In this document: piece by piece, positions 10,971 to 22,176 of the stretch
How positions within the stretch are numbered: the stretch's first letter is position 1
Layout of the letters: every line of letters begins with the position of its first letter
The notes under the pieces: generated by a model
What the model was told of the DNA's origin: nothing
The model's input: only the letters and a program-made list of their open reading frames with translations
Databases searched by the model: none
From: an uncultured Chloroflexia bacterium
GTDB lineage: Bacteria > Chloroflexota > Limnocylindria > QHBO01
Reading direction: 5' to 3'
NCBI GenBank assembly: GCA_963814375.1
Contig: CAWFCQ010000006.1
Location: 96,001 to 160,000 of the forward strand
DNA: 64,000 nt
Made by a program: the position numbers and the translations under genes

Positions 10971-11405
10971 ATGGCGACGCATACGATCGAGATCCGGCGG
11001 CCAATGGCGGACGTGTTCGACGTCCTCACCAACGTCGAGCTGACCGGTAGGTGGTATCCGGCCAAGGTGGAGGAGTGGTGGACCTCGCCGCCACCCCACG
11101 GGATCGGCTCGACCCGCCGAGCGCGGACGTGGGTGCTGGGCCGGGCGATCGAGAACGACGCGGTCGTGACCGCGTATGAGCCGCCTCGCCTGGCGGCAAT
11201 GAAGGGCCTGTCCAGGAGTGCCCCGTTCGAGGCGACGCTCAGGTTCGAGCCGGTCAACGGTGGGACGCGTGCCACGGTCGAGACGGTTTTCACCCTCTCC
11301 GGCGCCATGCGCCTCATCGGGCCGCTCTTCATTCCAGCTTACGAGCGCGGATGGGAACGCGGGCTCGAGCGGCTCAGGGCGATGATGGAGTCGGGTGAGC
11401 TCTGA
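10971..11405 (+). CDS. SRPBCC (polyketide cyclase/dehydrase-like) family protein
   Basis: IEIRRPMADVF...VTAYEPPR...GLERLRAMME. Confidence 0.8.
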   Translation: MATHTIEIRRPMADVFDVLTNVELTGRWYPAKVEEWWTSPPPHGIGSTRRARTWVLGRAIENDAVVTAYEPPRLAAMKGLSRSAPFEATLRFEPVNGGTRATVETVFTLSGAMRLIGPLFIPAYERGWERGLERLRAMMESGEL

Positions 11406-13022
11406 TCAGATGCGCTCGACCACAACCCCCTCGTTGGGTCGAAGCTCGATCGCGTCCTCCACACGCGTGGCGTCGCGGTCGCGGTGGGTGCCGATCAATA
11501 CGCTGCCGGGTCCCGTTCCCGGCACGGTCCGCATGTTTGCGGTGAGGTTGAGGATGACGTCCACCCGGCCCTGAGCCGTGACGCGTCGGAAGGCAAACGT
11601 GCCGTCGGGCGTCTGGCCGAACGGTTGAAAGTCGCCGAGCCGCAGGACCGGATGGTCTCGGCGCAGAGCGATGAGGCGGCGCGTCAGGGTGAGGATCGAG
11701 TCGGGATCTTCCGCCTGACCGGCAACGTTCGTCCGGACCGCGTCCGGTGCGAGCGGAAGCCACGGCGTCGTCCCGGGAGGCGCGAAGCCGGCGTTCGGCG
11801 AGGCGTCCCATTGCATGGGTGATCGAGCGCCGTCCCGTCCGCGACCGGGCTCGCGCCTCTCGAGCGGATCGCGCGAGTCAGTCAACGCAACCGGGACGTC
11901 GACCATGCCGATCTCCTCGCCGTAGTAGATGGTCGGCGTGCCGCGGAGGGTGAGCAGGAGAAGCATCCCGACTTTCGCCTGATCGCGACCGGCGCGCTTC
12001 GGCGAAGCGAACCGCGGCTGGTCATGGTTGCCAAGGACCCAGCTGGCCCAGGCGCCGAGTGGAAGCACGCGCTGCACGCCCTCCACCGCGGCACGGATCG
12101 CATCGGCTGTCCAGGGGCTGTAGGTGACGTGGAAGTTGAAGGGCACGTGGATCTCGTCGAGCTCCTCGCCGTAGGACTCGGCCCAGCGGTCGAAGTCCGG
12201 ATGATGGAGCTCGCCGATGCTGACCCGATCGCCGGGATAGCCGTCGAGCATGCGGTGGAAGTCCCGATACAGCGCGTGGATGTCGGGGTGGCCGAGGTCG
12301 TTTTCGTGGAGCTGCGTGATCCACGGGCCCAGCCTCTCGAGCTCGCCGGGCATCGGCGACGGGTTCGGCGGGTTATCGCGCAGCAACGGGTCCTTGAGAA
12401 TGAGCTGCGCGACGTCGATGCGGAAGCCATCCACCCCGCGGTCGAGCCAGAAACGGGCAGCATCGAACATGGCCGCCCTGACCTCCGGGTTGCGCCAGTT
12501 GAGGTCGGGCTGCTCCTTGAGAAAGGTGTGGAGGTAGAACTGCGACGTCGTCTCGTCCCACTCCCAGGATGGCCCACCGAAGAGGCTGAGCCAGTTGTTC
12601 GGCAGCTCCCCGTTCTGGCCCGCGTCGCGCCAGAAATACCAGTCGCGCTTCGGGTTGTCCCGGCTCGAGCGCGACTCGACGAACCACGGGTGCTGATCGC
12701 TGGTGTGGTTGGGAACGTAGTCGACGAGGACGCGGATGCCCCGCCGATGGGCTCCGGCCAGCAGCTCGTCGAAGTCCGCCAGCGTTCCGAAGAGCGGGTC
12801 GACGTCGGTGTAGTCGCTGACGTCGTAGCCGAAGTCGGCCATCGGCGAGGGATAGAAGGGCGAGATCCAGATGGCATCGACGCCCAGCCAGGCGAGGTAG
12901 TCGAGCCGGCTGGTGATGCCGGCAAGGTCGCCGGTGCCGTCGCCATCGGCATCGGCGAACGAGCGTGGATAGACCTGGTACACGACGCCGGTCTGCCACC
13001 AGCGCGGTGCGCTCCGCTGCAT
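11406..13022 (-). CDS. GH13 alpha-glucosidase
   Basis: WWQTGVVYQVYPRSFAD, DFGYDVSDY, PNHTSDQH, QPDLNW, GFRIDV, GNHDQPR. Confidence 0.92.
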   Translation of the reverse strand: MQRSAPRWWQTGVVYQVYPRSFADADGDGTGDLAGITSRLDYLAWLGVDAIWISPFYPSPMADFGYDVSDYTDVDPLFGTLADFDELLAGAHRRGIRVLVDYVPNHTSDQHPWFVESRSSRDNPKRDWYFWRDAGQNGELPNNWLSLFGGPSWEWDETTSQFYLHTFLKEQPDLNWRNPEVRAAMFDAARFWLDRGVDGFRIDVAQLILKDPLLRDNPPNPSPMPGELERLGPWITQLHENDLGHPDIHALYRDFHRMLDGYPGDRVSIGELHHPDFDRWAESYGEELDEIHVPFNFHVTYSPWTADAIRAAVEGVQRVLPLGAWASWVLGNHDQPRFASPKRAGRDQAKVGMLLLLTLRGTPTIYYGEEIGMVDVPVALTDSRDPLERREPGRGRDGARSPMQWDASPNAGFAPPGTTPWLPLAPDAVRTNVAGQAEDPDSILTLTRRLIALRRDHPVLRLGDFQPFGQTPDGTFAFRRVTAQGRVDVILNLTANMRTVPGTGPGSVLIGTHRDRDATRVEDAIELRPNEGVVVERI

Positions 13023-13081
13023 GGTGTGAAGGCTAGACGGATGCACCGACCCCTCGCAGGCGCCTGCTACGATCGAAATGA

Positions 13082-13537
13082 ATGACTGAGACAACGCCGC
13101 CGCCGGCAGACCCGGCTGCACCGGGGACATTGCCGGCCGGACGGACCGATCCGCTCGATCCCGCCGAGGCAGAGCGCCTCTTCCGCCGCGGTGTGGCGCT
13201 CTTCAACGGGGTGCGCTACTGGCATGCCCACGAGGCCTGGGAGACCCTGTGGCGCGCCGCGCCGGACGACGAGCGGGACTTCTTTCAGGGCCTGATCCAG
13301 GTCGCCGCCGGCCTCCTCCACCTCCAGCGCCGCAACCTGCGTGGCGCCCGCAACAAGCTGCGAGACGGCCTCGATCGGCTGGCGCCATATCAGCCGGCGT
13401 ATCAGGGCGTCTTCGTGAACGAGCTGATCGGCGAGGCCAGGCGGCTTCTCGACGACCTCGAGTCCGGCTTCCTGCCGTACCTTATTCCGCCCGTGATCCG
13501 CTTCACCGAGGCCGACGAGCCCGACTTCAGCCGATGA
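13082..13537 (+). CDS. DUF309 domain protein
   Basis: LFN...[12 protein letters not shown]...[10 protein letters not shown]. Confidence 0.85.
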   Translation: MTETTPPPADPAAPGTLPAGRTDPLDPAEAERLFRRGVALFNGVRYWHAHEAWETLWRAAPDDERDFFQGLIQVAAGLLHLQRRNLRGARNKLRDGLDRLAPYQPAYQGVFVNELIGEARRLLDDLESGFLPYLIPPVIRFTEADEPDFSR

Positions 13538-14920
13538 CCGACGAGCGCGTCGAGCGCGACTCGATGGGAGAGGTTCACGTGCCGGCCAACGCCAGATGGG
13601 GCGCCCAGACGCAGCGAGCCGTCGAGAATTTCCCGATCTCGGGGACCGGCCTCGAACGTGCGCAGATCCGAGGCGCTGGCACAGATCAAGGCAGCGGTCG
13701 CATCGGTCAAGGCCGACGAGGGCCTCATGGATCGGGAGCTCGCCGATGCGATCGTCGCATCCGCCGACGCCGTCGCCCGAGGAGAGCACGACGACCAGTT
13801 CCCGATCGACATCTTCCAGACCGGGTCGGGCACCAGCAGCAACATGAACATGAACGAGGTGCTGGGCTCCCTGGCGCGGGACCAGCTTGGTCGCGACGTC
13901 CATCCCAACGACGACGTCAACCACCCGATGTCGTCGAACGACATGTTTCCCGCCTCGATTCATATCGCCGCCACCGCGGGCGTGCTGCGCGAGCTGGTCC
14001 CGGCACTCGAGCACCTCGCCGCCTCTCTCGAGCGCAAGGCCACCGAGTTCGCCGATGTCGTGAAGTCCGGTCGGACCCACCTCATGGACGCGACGCCGGT
14101 GACGCTCGGCCAGGAGTTCGGCGGCTACGCGGCGCAGGTCCGCATGGGGGTGGAGCGCCTCGACGCGAGCCTGCCGCGGGTGGCGGAGCTGCCGCTCGGC
14201 GGGACGGCGGTCGGCACCGGCATCAACTCACCAGCGGGGTTCGGCGGGCGCGTGATCGCCAGGATCGCCGCCAGCACCGGCCTGCCGCTGACCGAGGCTC
14301 GCGACCACTTCGAGGCCCAGGGCGCCCGCGACGGCCTCGTCGAGCTTTCCGGCCAGCTGCGAACCATCGCGGTGAGCCTCACGAAGATCGCGAACGACCT
14401 GCGCTGGATGGGCTCCGGACCGCGTGCCGGCCTGGGCGAGATCGCCATCCCCGACCTGCAGCCGGGGAGCAGCATCATGCCCGGCAAGGTGAACCCGGTG
14501 ATCCCCGAGGCCACGCTGATGGTGTGCGCCCAGGTCATCGGTAACGACGCCGCGATCGCCTGGGGCGGCGCGGCCGGGAACTTCGAGCTCAACGTCATGC
14601 TCCCGATGCTCGGCCGCAACGTGCTCGAGTCGATCCGGCTCCTCAGCTCCGTGAGCCGTCTCCTCGCCGACCGATGCGTGGACGGCATCACTGCCAACGT
14701 CGAGCGGCTGCGCGAGTACGCCGAGGGTTCGCCCGCCATCGTGACCCCGCTGAATGCGATCCTCGGCTACGAGGAGGCGGCGAGCATCGCCAAGCAGTCG
14801 CTCTCCGAGCGCAAGACGATCCGCCAGGTTGTCCTCGAGCGCGGCCACGTGCGAGACGGGCGCCTGACCGAGGCGGACCTCGACGAGGCGCTGGATGTCA
14901 TGCGGATGACCCGACCCTAG
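13534..14920 (+). CDS. fumC: Class II fumarate hydratase, with a +1 frameshift near 13670
   Basis: [24 protein letters not shown] in one frame; [32 protein letters not shown] in the next. Confidence 0.9.
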
Positions 14921-16164
14921 CGATCGTCCGTGCGCTCGGTCCCAGCGGCCGGGAGGTACGCATAGCGGAGCTCGCTCGTGTTGGTGGCGTTGTCGACCTC
15001 CATCCAGACCAGGAGATCGCCGGAGACGTGCGCCCGAATCGTGCTCCGCAGTGCATCTCCCTGCTGGATCTCGATCAGGCGCGCTCGATCGAGACCGAGG
15101 TCGTACACGCCGAACTTCGCGGAGTCGGCACCCCACCAGGCGACGAAGCGAGCACCCATGCTCGGGTAGTTGACGTACTCCTGGGGCCAGGCCGAGAGCG
15201 GTGAGGTCAGTCCGCTCTGCAGATCGTGGTGGTACATCGTTCCCCAGTTGAACATGTTGAACCCGGGATCGGCCTCCTTCCAGAGGATGTCGTCGTCGCG
15301 GATGAGGGGCATCGTCGCGCGTCCGGACGAATCGAGGCGTCGAGGCTCCGCGGCTGGGTCCGCGAGGTCGAGCAGATAGACGAAGCGCTCATCCGTCGTG
15401 CGATCGGCCGAGTAGCGCACCTCGCAGTAGACGAGCGATGAGCCGTAGAGGGACGGCAGCCAGAGCTCGGCCTCGGCTGCCAGACGCTCTGCGATGAGGA
15501 CCGGCTCCCAGTCGGGCGCGGTGGCCATCAGCAGCTGCGAGACCGGGCCCTGCGGCCCGCGGTCGAAGGCGGTCCAGACGACGAGGGGCCGATAGACGCT
15601 CACGCTCGGGACCAGGCTCGAGACGTCGTCGTCGCCGGGGTGCGTGTCGAGGAGGATCGCGTCCGCTCCGTCATCCGGGATGAGCCAGAGGTTCCAGGCT
15701 CGCTCGCCGCTCATCGGGAACTCGACGAAGGCGATCATCCCCAGGTCGCCGGTGATCCTCGGGATGGTGTGGTTGCGCTCCGGGTTTCGCCAGAGCAGCT
15801 CGGGGACGGCGTCGGGGCCAGGCGTGTAGCGCCAGAGGTCGGGAGCGGCCTCGAGTCCGCTGCCCTCGCCCCTGCCCGACGAATACAGGATCGACGCCCC
15901 GTCGCTGACGAAGTCGAGCATCGGATCGGTGAGCGCGGAGTCGAGGGTCTGGATGTCGAGCTCGGCACCGAGGTCCCCTCCGCCCTCGGACGCGGTCGGC
16001 CGCTGCGAAGCTGCTACCGAGCTCGCGCTCGCGTTCGCGCTCGGCTCCCGATCCGGTGAAGGAGTGGGGAGCGGGGTCGGGCTTGGGATGGTGGCCGTGC
16101 AGGCCACCATCCCGGCGACGCAGAACGCGGCCGCTGTCGCGGGCAGGCGCCGCACTCGGCTCAC
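14917..16164 (-). CDS. Putative lipoprotein, beta-propeller-like
   Basis: GTGA overlap with the upstream stop; signal peptide ending MVAC; Pro/Ser linker; repeated beta-strand units (LVVW, LVY, ILW, FVAW, LLVW). Confidence 0.65.
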   Translation of the reverse strand: MSRVRRLPATAAAFCVAGMVACTATIPSPTPLPTPSPDREPSANASASSVAASQRPTASEGGGDLGAELDIQTLDSALTDPMLDFVSDGASILYSSGRGEGSGLEAAPDLWRYTPGPDAVPELLWRNPERNHTIPRITGDLGMIAFVEFPMSGERAWNLWLIPDDGADAILLDTHPGDDDVSSLVPSVSVYRPLVVWTAFDRGPQGPVSQLLMATAPDWEPVLIAERLAAEAELWLPSLYGSSLVYCEVRYSADRTTDERFVYLLDLADPAAEPRRLDSSGRATMPLIRDDDILWKEADPGFNMFNWGTMYHHDLQSGLTSPLSAWPQEYVNYPSMGARFVAWWGADSAKFGVYDLGLDRARLIEIQQGDALRSTIRAHVSGDLLVWMEVDNATNTSELRYAYLPAAGTERTDDR

Positions 16165-17024
16165 CACACGAGCCGCTTGGTGTGGGCCATGATCATCGCC
16201 GCGATGTGGCGCATCGGGTCCCAGTACTTGCCGGTCGCGCCGCCCTCGTCCTTCGAGGAATCGGCGTAGTAGAGGCGGGAGGAGTCGGTCCCGGTCCAGA
16301 GACCGACCCATCCGTAGGCCGCGATCCAGTGGCCGGGTGAGGACACCGGACGGCTCCAGCTGGTCAGGTGGTAGGTGCCGCGGACGTCGTACGGCTTCAC
16401 GGCGATCGCCAACGGCATCTTGGAGCTGCTGATGTTCGAGCGGACCATCGCATGCAGCTGATCGGAGACCGTCCCGTCCCCGTCGTTGTCCAGGAGCGGC
16501 GACACGACCCAGTCCCAGCCGGCCGGTCGACGCGGAGCGTTGACCGTCGAGGACTCGAGACCGTCTTCCAGCTCCGGTGCGTTCGTCAGGCCGTTGACAT
16601 CGGTCTTCATCCAGCCCGCGATGGTCGTCTGCAGGTACTTGTTGGCGCCCGGCCCGGTGGCCCAGGCGTAGTTCGAGATGACCTGCCCGGTGGCGGGGCC
16701 GCAGTAGTGGCCCTTGATCTGGTCCCGGGCCTCCACGGCGAGAAATCCCTGCGGGATGGCACAGGCGTTGGGTGCGACCGCGTTTGGGGAGCTCGTCGGA
16801 GTCACGCAGTCGAGCCCGACGAGGTTGAGGCCCTGGGCTTCGACCTGGGCCACGTAGGCCTCGGCGGCCGCGACCCTCCGATCCGAGGCGGCCTGCTCCT
16901 GCGGTGTGAGTGGTCGCTCCGCGCTTGGCGGCCGAAGCGGCTTGGCGGCAGCGGCGGGACCGGCGCCAAAGGCGATGGTCAGCATGGCGATGAGCGTGGC
17001 CATGACGATACGGCTCGAGAACAT
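16161..17024 (-). CDS. Secreted C39-like (papain-fold) cysteine peptidase
   Basis: Signal peptide; Q..HYCGPAT, GHWIAAYG, YYADS; GGAGG RBS. Confidence 0.75.
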   Translation of the reverse strand: MFSSRIVMATLIAMLTIAFGAGPAAAAKPLRPPSAERPLTPQEQAASDRRVAAAEAYVAQVEAQGLNLVGLDCVTPTSSPNAVAPNACAIPQGFLAVEARDQIKGHYCGPATGQVISNYAWATGPGANKYLQTTIAGWMKTDVNGLTNAPELEDGLESSTVNAPRRPAGWDWVVSPLLDNDGDGTVSDQLHAMVRSNISSSKMPLAIAVKPYDVRGTYHLTSWSRPVSSPGHWIAAYGWVGLWTGTDSSRLYYADSSKDEGGATGKYWDPMRHIAAMIMAHTKRLVW

Positions 17025-17071
17025 GTGGGCAGCCTCCTGATCGTTGGAGGCGAGCCGGCGTTCGAAAGGGC

Positions 17072-17083
17072 GAACGGATGTTC
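17072..17083. promoter_or_regulatory. Candidate LexA (SOS) box GAAC-N4-GTTC
   Basis: cGAACGGATGTTCga, identical to the box at 63654; about 48 bp upstream of the peptidase start. Confidence 0.45.
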
Positions 17084-17438
17084 GACGCTCATCCTGCCCG
17101 ACAGTCTCTTCGCCGCCACTTACCAGCCGCTTACCGGACCGACGCGAGCGTACGAAACGCCGGCCACGCTCATCGCGGACCGGCGCATCGTGTCAAGCCG
17201 TCACGACGGGGTGCCACTACTTCAGCCCCGTATCGTTCGATATCAGGATCCCGCCGCGACGGTTCTTCGGTTGTGACCCGATCCTCGCGGATCCCGGAGG
17301 CGCCGCCCAAGGGGCGAATGTCCCGATCCCACCGGGAACTCGCCGGTTGGGCAAATCGGAGCCCGAGGCCGTGTCGGGCTAGAATCGAGCCCCGCGCCAT
17401 CCGCCGGCGCCCACGCCCTTCGAGGAGACCGATCCGTC

Positions 17439-18938
17439 GTGACCAAGACGTACCAGAACCTGATCGGTGGCGACTGGAAGGCCGCCGGCTCGGGCGCAAC
17501 CTTCACGAGCGTCAGCCCGGCCAACCACGACGACGTGATCGGTGAGTTCGCCGCCTCCGGGCCCGCGGACGTCGAGGCGGCCGTCGCGGCGGCGAAGCGC
17601 GCCTTCGGCCCCTGGAGCGCGATGCCGGCGCCGAAGCGTGGCGAGATCCTGTTCCGCATCGCCCGCCTCCTGGCCGAGCACAAGGAAGAGCTCTCGCGCC
17701 TCATGACGCGCGAGATGGGCAAAGTGCTGCCCGAGGCGCGAGGCGACGTGCAGGAGGCGATCGACGTCGCCTACTACATGGCCGGCGAGGGACGCCGACT
17801 GTTCGGCCAGACGGTCCCGTCGGAGATGCCCGACAAGTTCGCGATGGCCATCCGCCGGCCGATCGGCGTGGTCGGAGTCATCACGCCGTGGAACTTCCCG
17901 GTCGCCATCCCCGGCTGGAAGCTGTTCCCCGCCCTGATCTGCGGCAACACGGCCGTGATCAAGCCCGCGAGCGATACGCCCGCCTGCCTCGTCCGCTTCG
18001 TGGAGCTCCTCGCCGAGGGCGGGCTTCCCGACGGCGTCGTCAACGTGGTCACCGGCTCCGGCGCGGAGGTCGGAAACGCGATCGTCGATCACCCCGACAT
18101 CAGGGTCATCTCGTTCACCGGCCACACGGACACGGGAGTCGAGATCAGCACGCGCGCCGCGAAGACGCTCAAGCGCGTCAGCCTCGAGCTGGGCGGCAAG
18201 AACCCGATCGTTGTCTGGGAGGACGCCGATCTCGATCTCGCCCTCGACTCCGTGGTGTGGTCGGCGTTCGGGACTTCCGGGCAGCGCTGCACCGCGGCGT
18301 CGCGCCTGATCGTGCATCGGAGCATCCATGACGACTTCGTCCATCGGCTCCGCGATCGGGTCGGCAAGCTCGTGCTCGGCGACGGGCTGGACGACAAGAC
18401 CGATGTTGGGCCGGTCATCAACGAGACTGCCGTCGAGCGCATCGCGTCGTATGCCGCCATCGGTCGCGACGAGGCCGATCTCGTCATCGGCGGCGAGCCG
18501 GCGCGCGACGGGGACCTCGGCAAGGGGAGCTTCTTCCAGCCGACCATCTTCACCGAGGTCAAGCCCGATGCGCGCATCGCGCAGGAGGAGATCTTCGGCC
18601 CGGTCACCTCGGTCATCCCCGTCGACGACTGGGACGAGACCGTTCGGATCGTCAACTCGGTGAAGTACGGCCTGTCGACCTCGCTCTTCACCAACGACAT
18701 CAACCTCGCCTTCCGCTCGATCCGCGACTTCGACTCCGGGCTCGGCTACGTCAATCACGGAACGATCGGCGCCGAGGCGCATCTTCCGTTCGGCGGGACG
18801 AAGGCGACCGGCAACGGCCACCGTGAGGTGGGGCAGGCGTCGCTCGACTTCTTCAGCGAGTGGAAGAGCGTGTACATCGACTACTCCGGCAAGCTCCAGC
18901 GCGCACAGATCGACATGACCTTCATCGACGACGAGTAG
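17439..18938 (+). CDS. Aldehyde dehydrogenase family protein
   Basis: ITPWNFP, SLELGGKNP, GQRCTAASR, EEIFGP, HLPFGG. Confidence 0.92.
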   Translation: MTKTYQNLIGGDWKAAGSGATFTSVSPANHDDVIGEFAASGPADVEAAVAAAKRAFGPWSAMPAPKRGEILFRIARLLAEHKEELSRLMTREMGKVLPEARGDVQEAIDVAYYMAGEGRRLFGQTVPSEMPDKFAMAIRRPIGVVGVITPWNFPVAIPGWKLFPALICGNTAVIKPASDTPACLVRFVELLAEGGLPDGVVNVVTGSGAEVGNAIVDHPDIRVISFTGHTDTGVEISTRAAKTLKRVSLELGGKNPIVVWEDADLDLALDSVVWSAFGTSGQRCTAASRLIVHRSIHDDFVHRLRDRVGKLVLGDGLDDKTDVGPVINETAVERIASYAAIGRDEADLVIGGEPARDGDLGKGSFFQPTIFTEVKPDARIAQEEIFGPVTSVIPVDDWDETVRIVNSVKYGLSTSLFTNDINLAFRSIRDFDSGLGYVNHGTIGAEAHLPFGGTKATGNGHREVGQASLDFFSEWKSVYIDYSGKLQRAQIDMTFIDDE

Positions 18939-19006
18939 CCGTTCCTCTGGCCCGCAAGGGCGTCTCGCTTGCCGGTGAGCGGGCGCGGATGCGACGATGC
19001 GCCGCG

Positions 19007-19720
19007 ATGCGCCTGCCCCACTTCCCGCTGCACACGGTGCTCTTCCCGCACCTGCCGCTGCCGCTCCACATCTTCGAGGAGCGCTACCGGACGATGGCCA
19101 CCGACCTCATGGCCGATGGCTCGCCATACGGTGGACGGTTCGTGGTGAGCATGATCAGCGAGGGTCGGGAGGTCGGCGGCGCCGCCACCACGCGGGCGAT
19201 CGGCACGATCTGCGAGGTCCACAGCGCCGAGCAGTTTCCGGATGGCCGATGGTTGCTCCTCGTGGTCGGCGTGGCGCGCGCGCGTCTCGGATCGGTCGAT
19301 CACAACGGTCCGTACGCCGTCGTCGATGTCGAGGAGCTGCCCGATCCTCAGGGCGGCGAGGCGGTGGCCCTGGTGCCGTCGGTGCAGCACGCGCTGGATG
19401 CGTACCTCGCCACGGTGAAACGTTTCGTGGCCCGCACCGCGTCTGCACGGGACGAAGCTGCGGAGACCGTTGACGTGCGCGCATCCCTCGACGAAGTGCT
19501 GAAGCCCATTCGGCTGCCGGACGATCCGGTTGCCGCGAGCTACGCCGTCGCCGGCGTCCTCCAGGTCGAGCTGACCCGCAAGCAGCTGCTCCTCGAGCTC
19601 CCGGATGCCGCGGCACGGCTCCGGGCAGAGCTCGAGCTCCTGCGTCGCGAGGTCCGGCTGCTCGACGACGGCGCCATGCCGCCGATCCCCGCGAGCGATC
19701 TCGGCTACCACCCGAACTGA
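19007..19720 (+). CDS. LON peptidase substrate-binding domain protein
   Basis: LPHFPLHTVLFPHLPLPLHIFEERYRTM...PDGRW...KQLLLE. Confidence 0.88.
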   Translation: MRLPHFPLHTVLFPHLPLPLHIFEERYRTMATDLMADGSPYGGRFVVSMISEGREVGGAATTRAIGTICEVHSAEQFPDGRWLLLVVGVARARLGSVDHNGPYAVVDVEELPDPQGGEAVALVPSVQHALDAYLATVKRFVARTASARDEAAETVDVRASLDEVLKPIRLPDDPVAASYAVAGVLQVELTRKQLLLELPDAAARLRAELELLRREVRLLDDGAMPPIPASDLGYHPN

Positions 19721-19723
19721 CCG

Positions 19724-20866
19724 ATGCGGGCCACGCGCCTCGGCCCGATCAGCCTCGCGGCCGTCCTGCTCCTTGCCGCGTGTGGGGGCACGGACCCGTC
19801 GGCGACGCCGTCGAGCTCCGCTCCGCCGGCTTCCGCCGCGCCCTCGCCCAGCGTCGTACCATCCGAACTCTCTCCGTCGCCTGAGCCGTCGACCTCCGCA
19901 CCGACGCCGTCCGCACCGATCGGGACGGAGCACATCGTCCAGCCCGGTGAGGGATTGGCGGCCATCGCTCGCGCCTACGACACGACCGTCGAGCAGCTCC
20001 AGGCCTGGAATGCGGGTCGCTACCCGTCGATCGCCACGAACCCGAATCTCATCGAGCCGGGCTGGGTCATCATCGTGAGGGGCGATCCGGGCGTCACGCC
20101 GCTGCCGACTCCATCGCCGCCTCCGGCGACACCTCGTCCCACCCCGCCGTCGACGGGGGGTGGTGGCTGCACCGCCGGCAACCGCGTCGCTTCCGGATCC
20201 GCGCAGGTCTTCCGCACGATCCCGAACGCCGGCCCGGGCGTGGCCCTCACCTTCGACATGGGCGGTCGCATGGATCCGGCGGTCGACATCATGAGCTTCC
20301 TCGTCGCCAATGACGTGTGCGCCACGATCTTCGCCACCGGCGTGATGAGCCAGACGCCGCAGGGGCAGCAGGTCATGGCGATCATCCGCGCCCATCCCGA
20401 GCTGTTCGAGATCGCCAATCACACGATGTACCACTGCGACCTGGCGCGTGGCGGCGGCGGCTCCCCGTCGACGGCGCCGTGCGCCGGGACCTTCGACGCC
20501 GCGCGCATCGGTCGCGAGTTGACCGAGGCGGAGGCGATCCTGCGCAACGGCACGGGCCAGGCGTCGCAGCCGTATTGGCGCCCGCCGTACGGCTCGATCA
20601 ACCCGGCCGTGCTCGAGGCCGTCGCAGCTGCCGGATACACGAAGACATTCCTGTGGGACATCGACACCGTCGATTGGAAGCCGATTTCTGACGGCGGCCC
20701 CACCGCGGCGCAGATCGCCGCAAAGGTCGTGAACAATGCGGTCAACGGATCGAACGTGCTCTTCCACCTCGGTGGCTACGAGACGCTCGACTCGCTCCAG
20801 CTGATCGTCCCCGGACTCCGCGACCGCGGGTTTACACTGACCAGCCTCTCAGACCTGCTCCAATGA
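19724..20866 (+). CDS. Lipoprotein with LysM and polysaccharide deacetylase (CE4/NodB) domains
   Basis: LAAC lipobox; HIVQPGEGLAAIARAYDTTVEQL; ALTFDMG, NHTMYH, WRPPYG, LFH. Confidence 0.88.
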   Translation: MRATRLGPISLAAVLLLAACGGTDPSATPSSSAPPASAAPSPSVVPSELSPSPEPSTSAPTPSAPIGTEHIVQPGEGLAAIARAYDTTVEQLQAWNAGRYPSIATNPNLIEPGWVIIVRGDPGVTPLPTPSPPPATPRPTPPSTGGGGCTAGNRVASGSAQVFRTIPNAGPGVALTFDMGGRMDPAVDIMSFLVANDVCATIFATGVMSQTPQGQQVMAIIRAHPELFEIANHTMYHCDLARGGGGSPSTAPCAGTFDAARIGRELTEAEAILRNGTGQASQPYWRPPYGSINPAVLEAVAAAGYTKTFLWDIDTVDWKPISDGGPTAAQIAAKVVNNAVNGSNVLFHLGGYETLDSLQLIVPGLRDRGFTLTSLSDLLQ

Positions 20867-20886
20867 TCGACCGGGGGATCTCACCG

Positions 20887-22168
20887 ATGCGTCGCACGCT
20901 GATTCGAGTCATGGTGGCGATGCTGCTCGTGGGGCCGATGACAGCCGTGCCCGCGCTCGTCAACCCCGCGCCAGCGGCCGCGGTGACGCCGACGCCATCG
21001 GCGCCGATGCGGGTCGTCTTCGAGGCGGGCGCGCATACCGGGTACACCTTCAACCTGGCCACTGGCGCCATCACAGGTTCCAGATCGGCGACCCTCGCAA
21101 GGCCGTCGGGCGCCACCACGACACGCCGCGCCTCGATCCCCGGGCGAGGCGTGCACCTCCTCATCTCCAATGGCATCTGGGCCGGGTACTGGGTGCGCGA
21201 GTCGATCGTCGCTCATGTCGATGGAGTCGTTGGCGAGACGTCCTATGCGCCGGCGCGCCGCCTCGCGTTCCCGCCCGGTAACGTCGTTGGCTATCGCTTC
21301 GATGCGGCCTGGGGCCTGACGACCGCCAAGGTGATGACGATTGCCCGCACGTCTGGAGCCGACGCCGCCCAGGCCGCGGTGATCAACGGCATCCTCAGCT
21401 ACCGGATCGTGAACGGCGGCCTGGCCGGGTACTGGGTCCCGGCCGGCTCGTCCGGGGCGGTGCAGGCCTCTCGCCTGCCACACGGGTCCGCGCGCCGGCG
21501 GCAGCCAGCAGGTCCTGCGCACGGTCCCAGGCGCCGGCCCCGAGGTCGCCCTCACCTTCGACATGGGCGGCCGCCTCGACCCGGCCCTGTCGATCCTGCG
21601 CCGGCTCCTCCTCAATGGCGTCTGCGCGACGCTCTTCCCGACCGGCAGCGCGTCGCAGACCCCGATCGGGCAGCAGGTCCTCGCCATGGTGCGCGCTTAT
21701 CCGCAGCTGTTCGAGGTCGGGAACCACACGATGCATCACTGCGACCTCGCCGCCGGCGGAGGGGGAGCGGCATGTCCCGCCGGACCGCCGTCGCGCACCT
21801 TCGTGCAGGCCGAGCTGGCCGATGCCGCGACGATCATCCAGGCCGGCAGCGGCCAGTCGCCGATCCCGTACTGGCGTCCGCCGTACGGCTCGACCAATGC
21901 CACCGTCCAGGGGTATGCCGCCCAGATCGGCTACACCAAGACCCTGCTCTGGGACATCGACACGATCGACTGGCGGCCGCTCGCCGACGGCGGGCCGACG
22001 GCCGCACAGTCGGCGGCCAAGGTGACGGCCAACGCCGTGAACGGCTCGAACGTCCTCATGCACCTCGGCGGCTGGACCACGTTCGACGCGCTGCCGTCCA
22101 TGATCCATGGCCTCCGCGTCCGGGGCCTGACGCCGTCGACGATCTCCGACCTGCTCGACGGCTCCTGA
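20887..22168 (+). CDS. Secreted polysaccharide deacetylase paralog, with a frameshift near 21465
   Basis: Signal peptide and two repeated ..GYWV modules, then ALTFDMG, NHTMHH, WRPPYG, LMH in the shifted frame. Confidence 0.78.
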
Positions 22169-22176
22169 CTGCCGGC

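Noticed and set aside
13655-13685. Programmed frameshift in fumC
   Set aside because: No slippery sequence is present, and similar indels occur throughout the window.
17340-17400. GGGCAAA as a c-di-GMP-I riboswitch
   Set aside because: It lacks the GNRA-capped stem and the downstream GCAAAGC/receptor elements.
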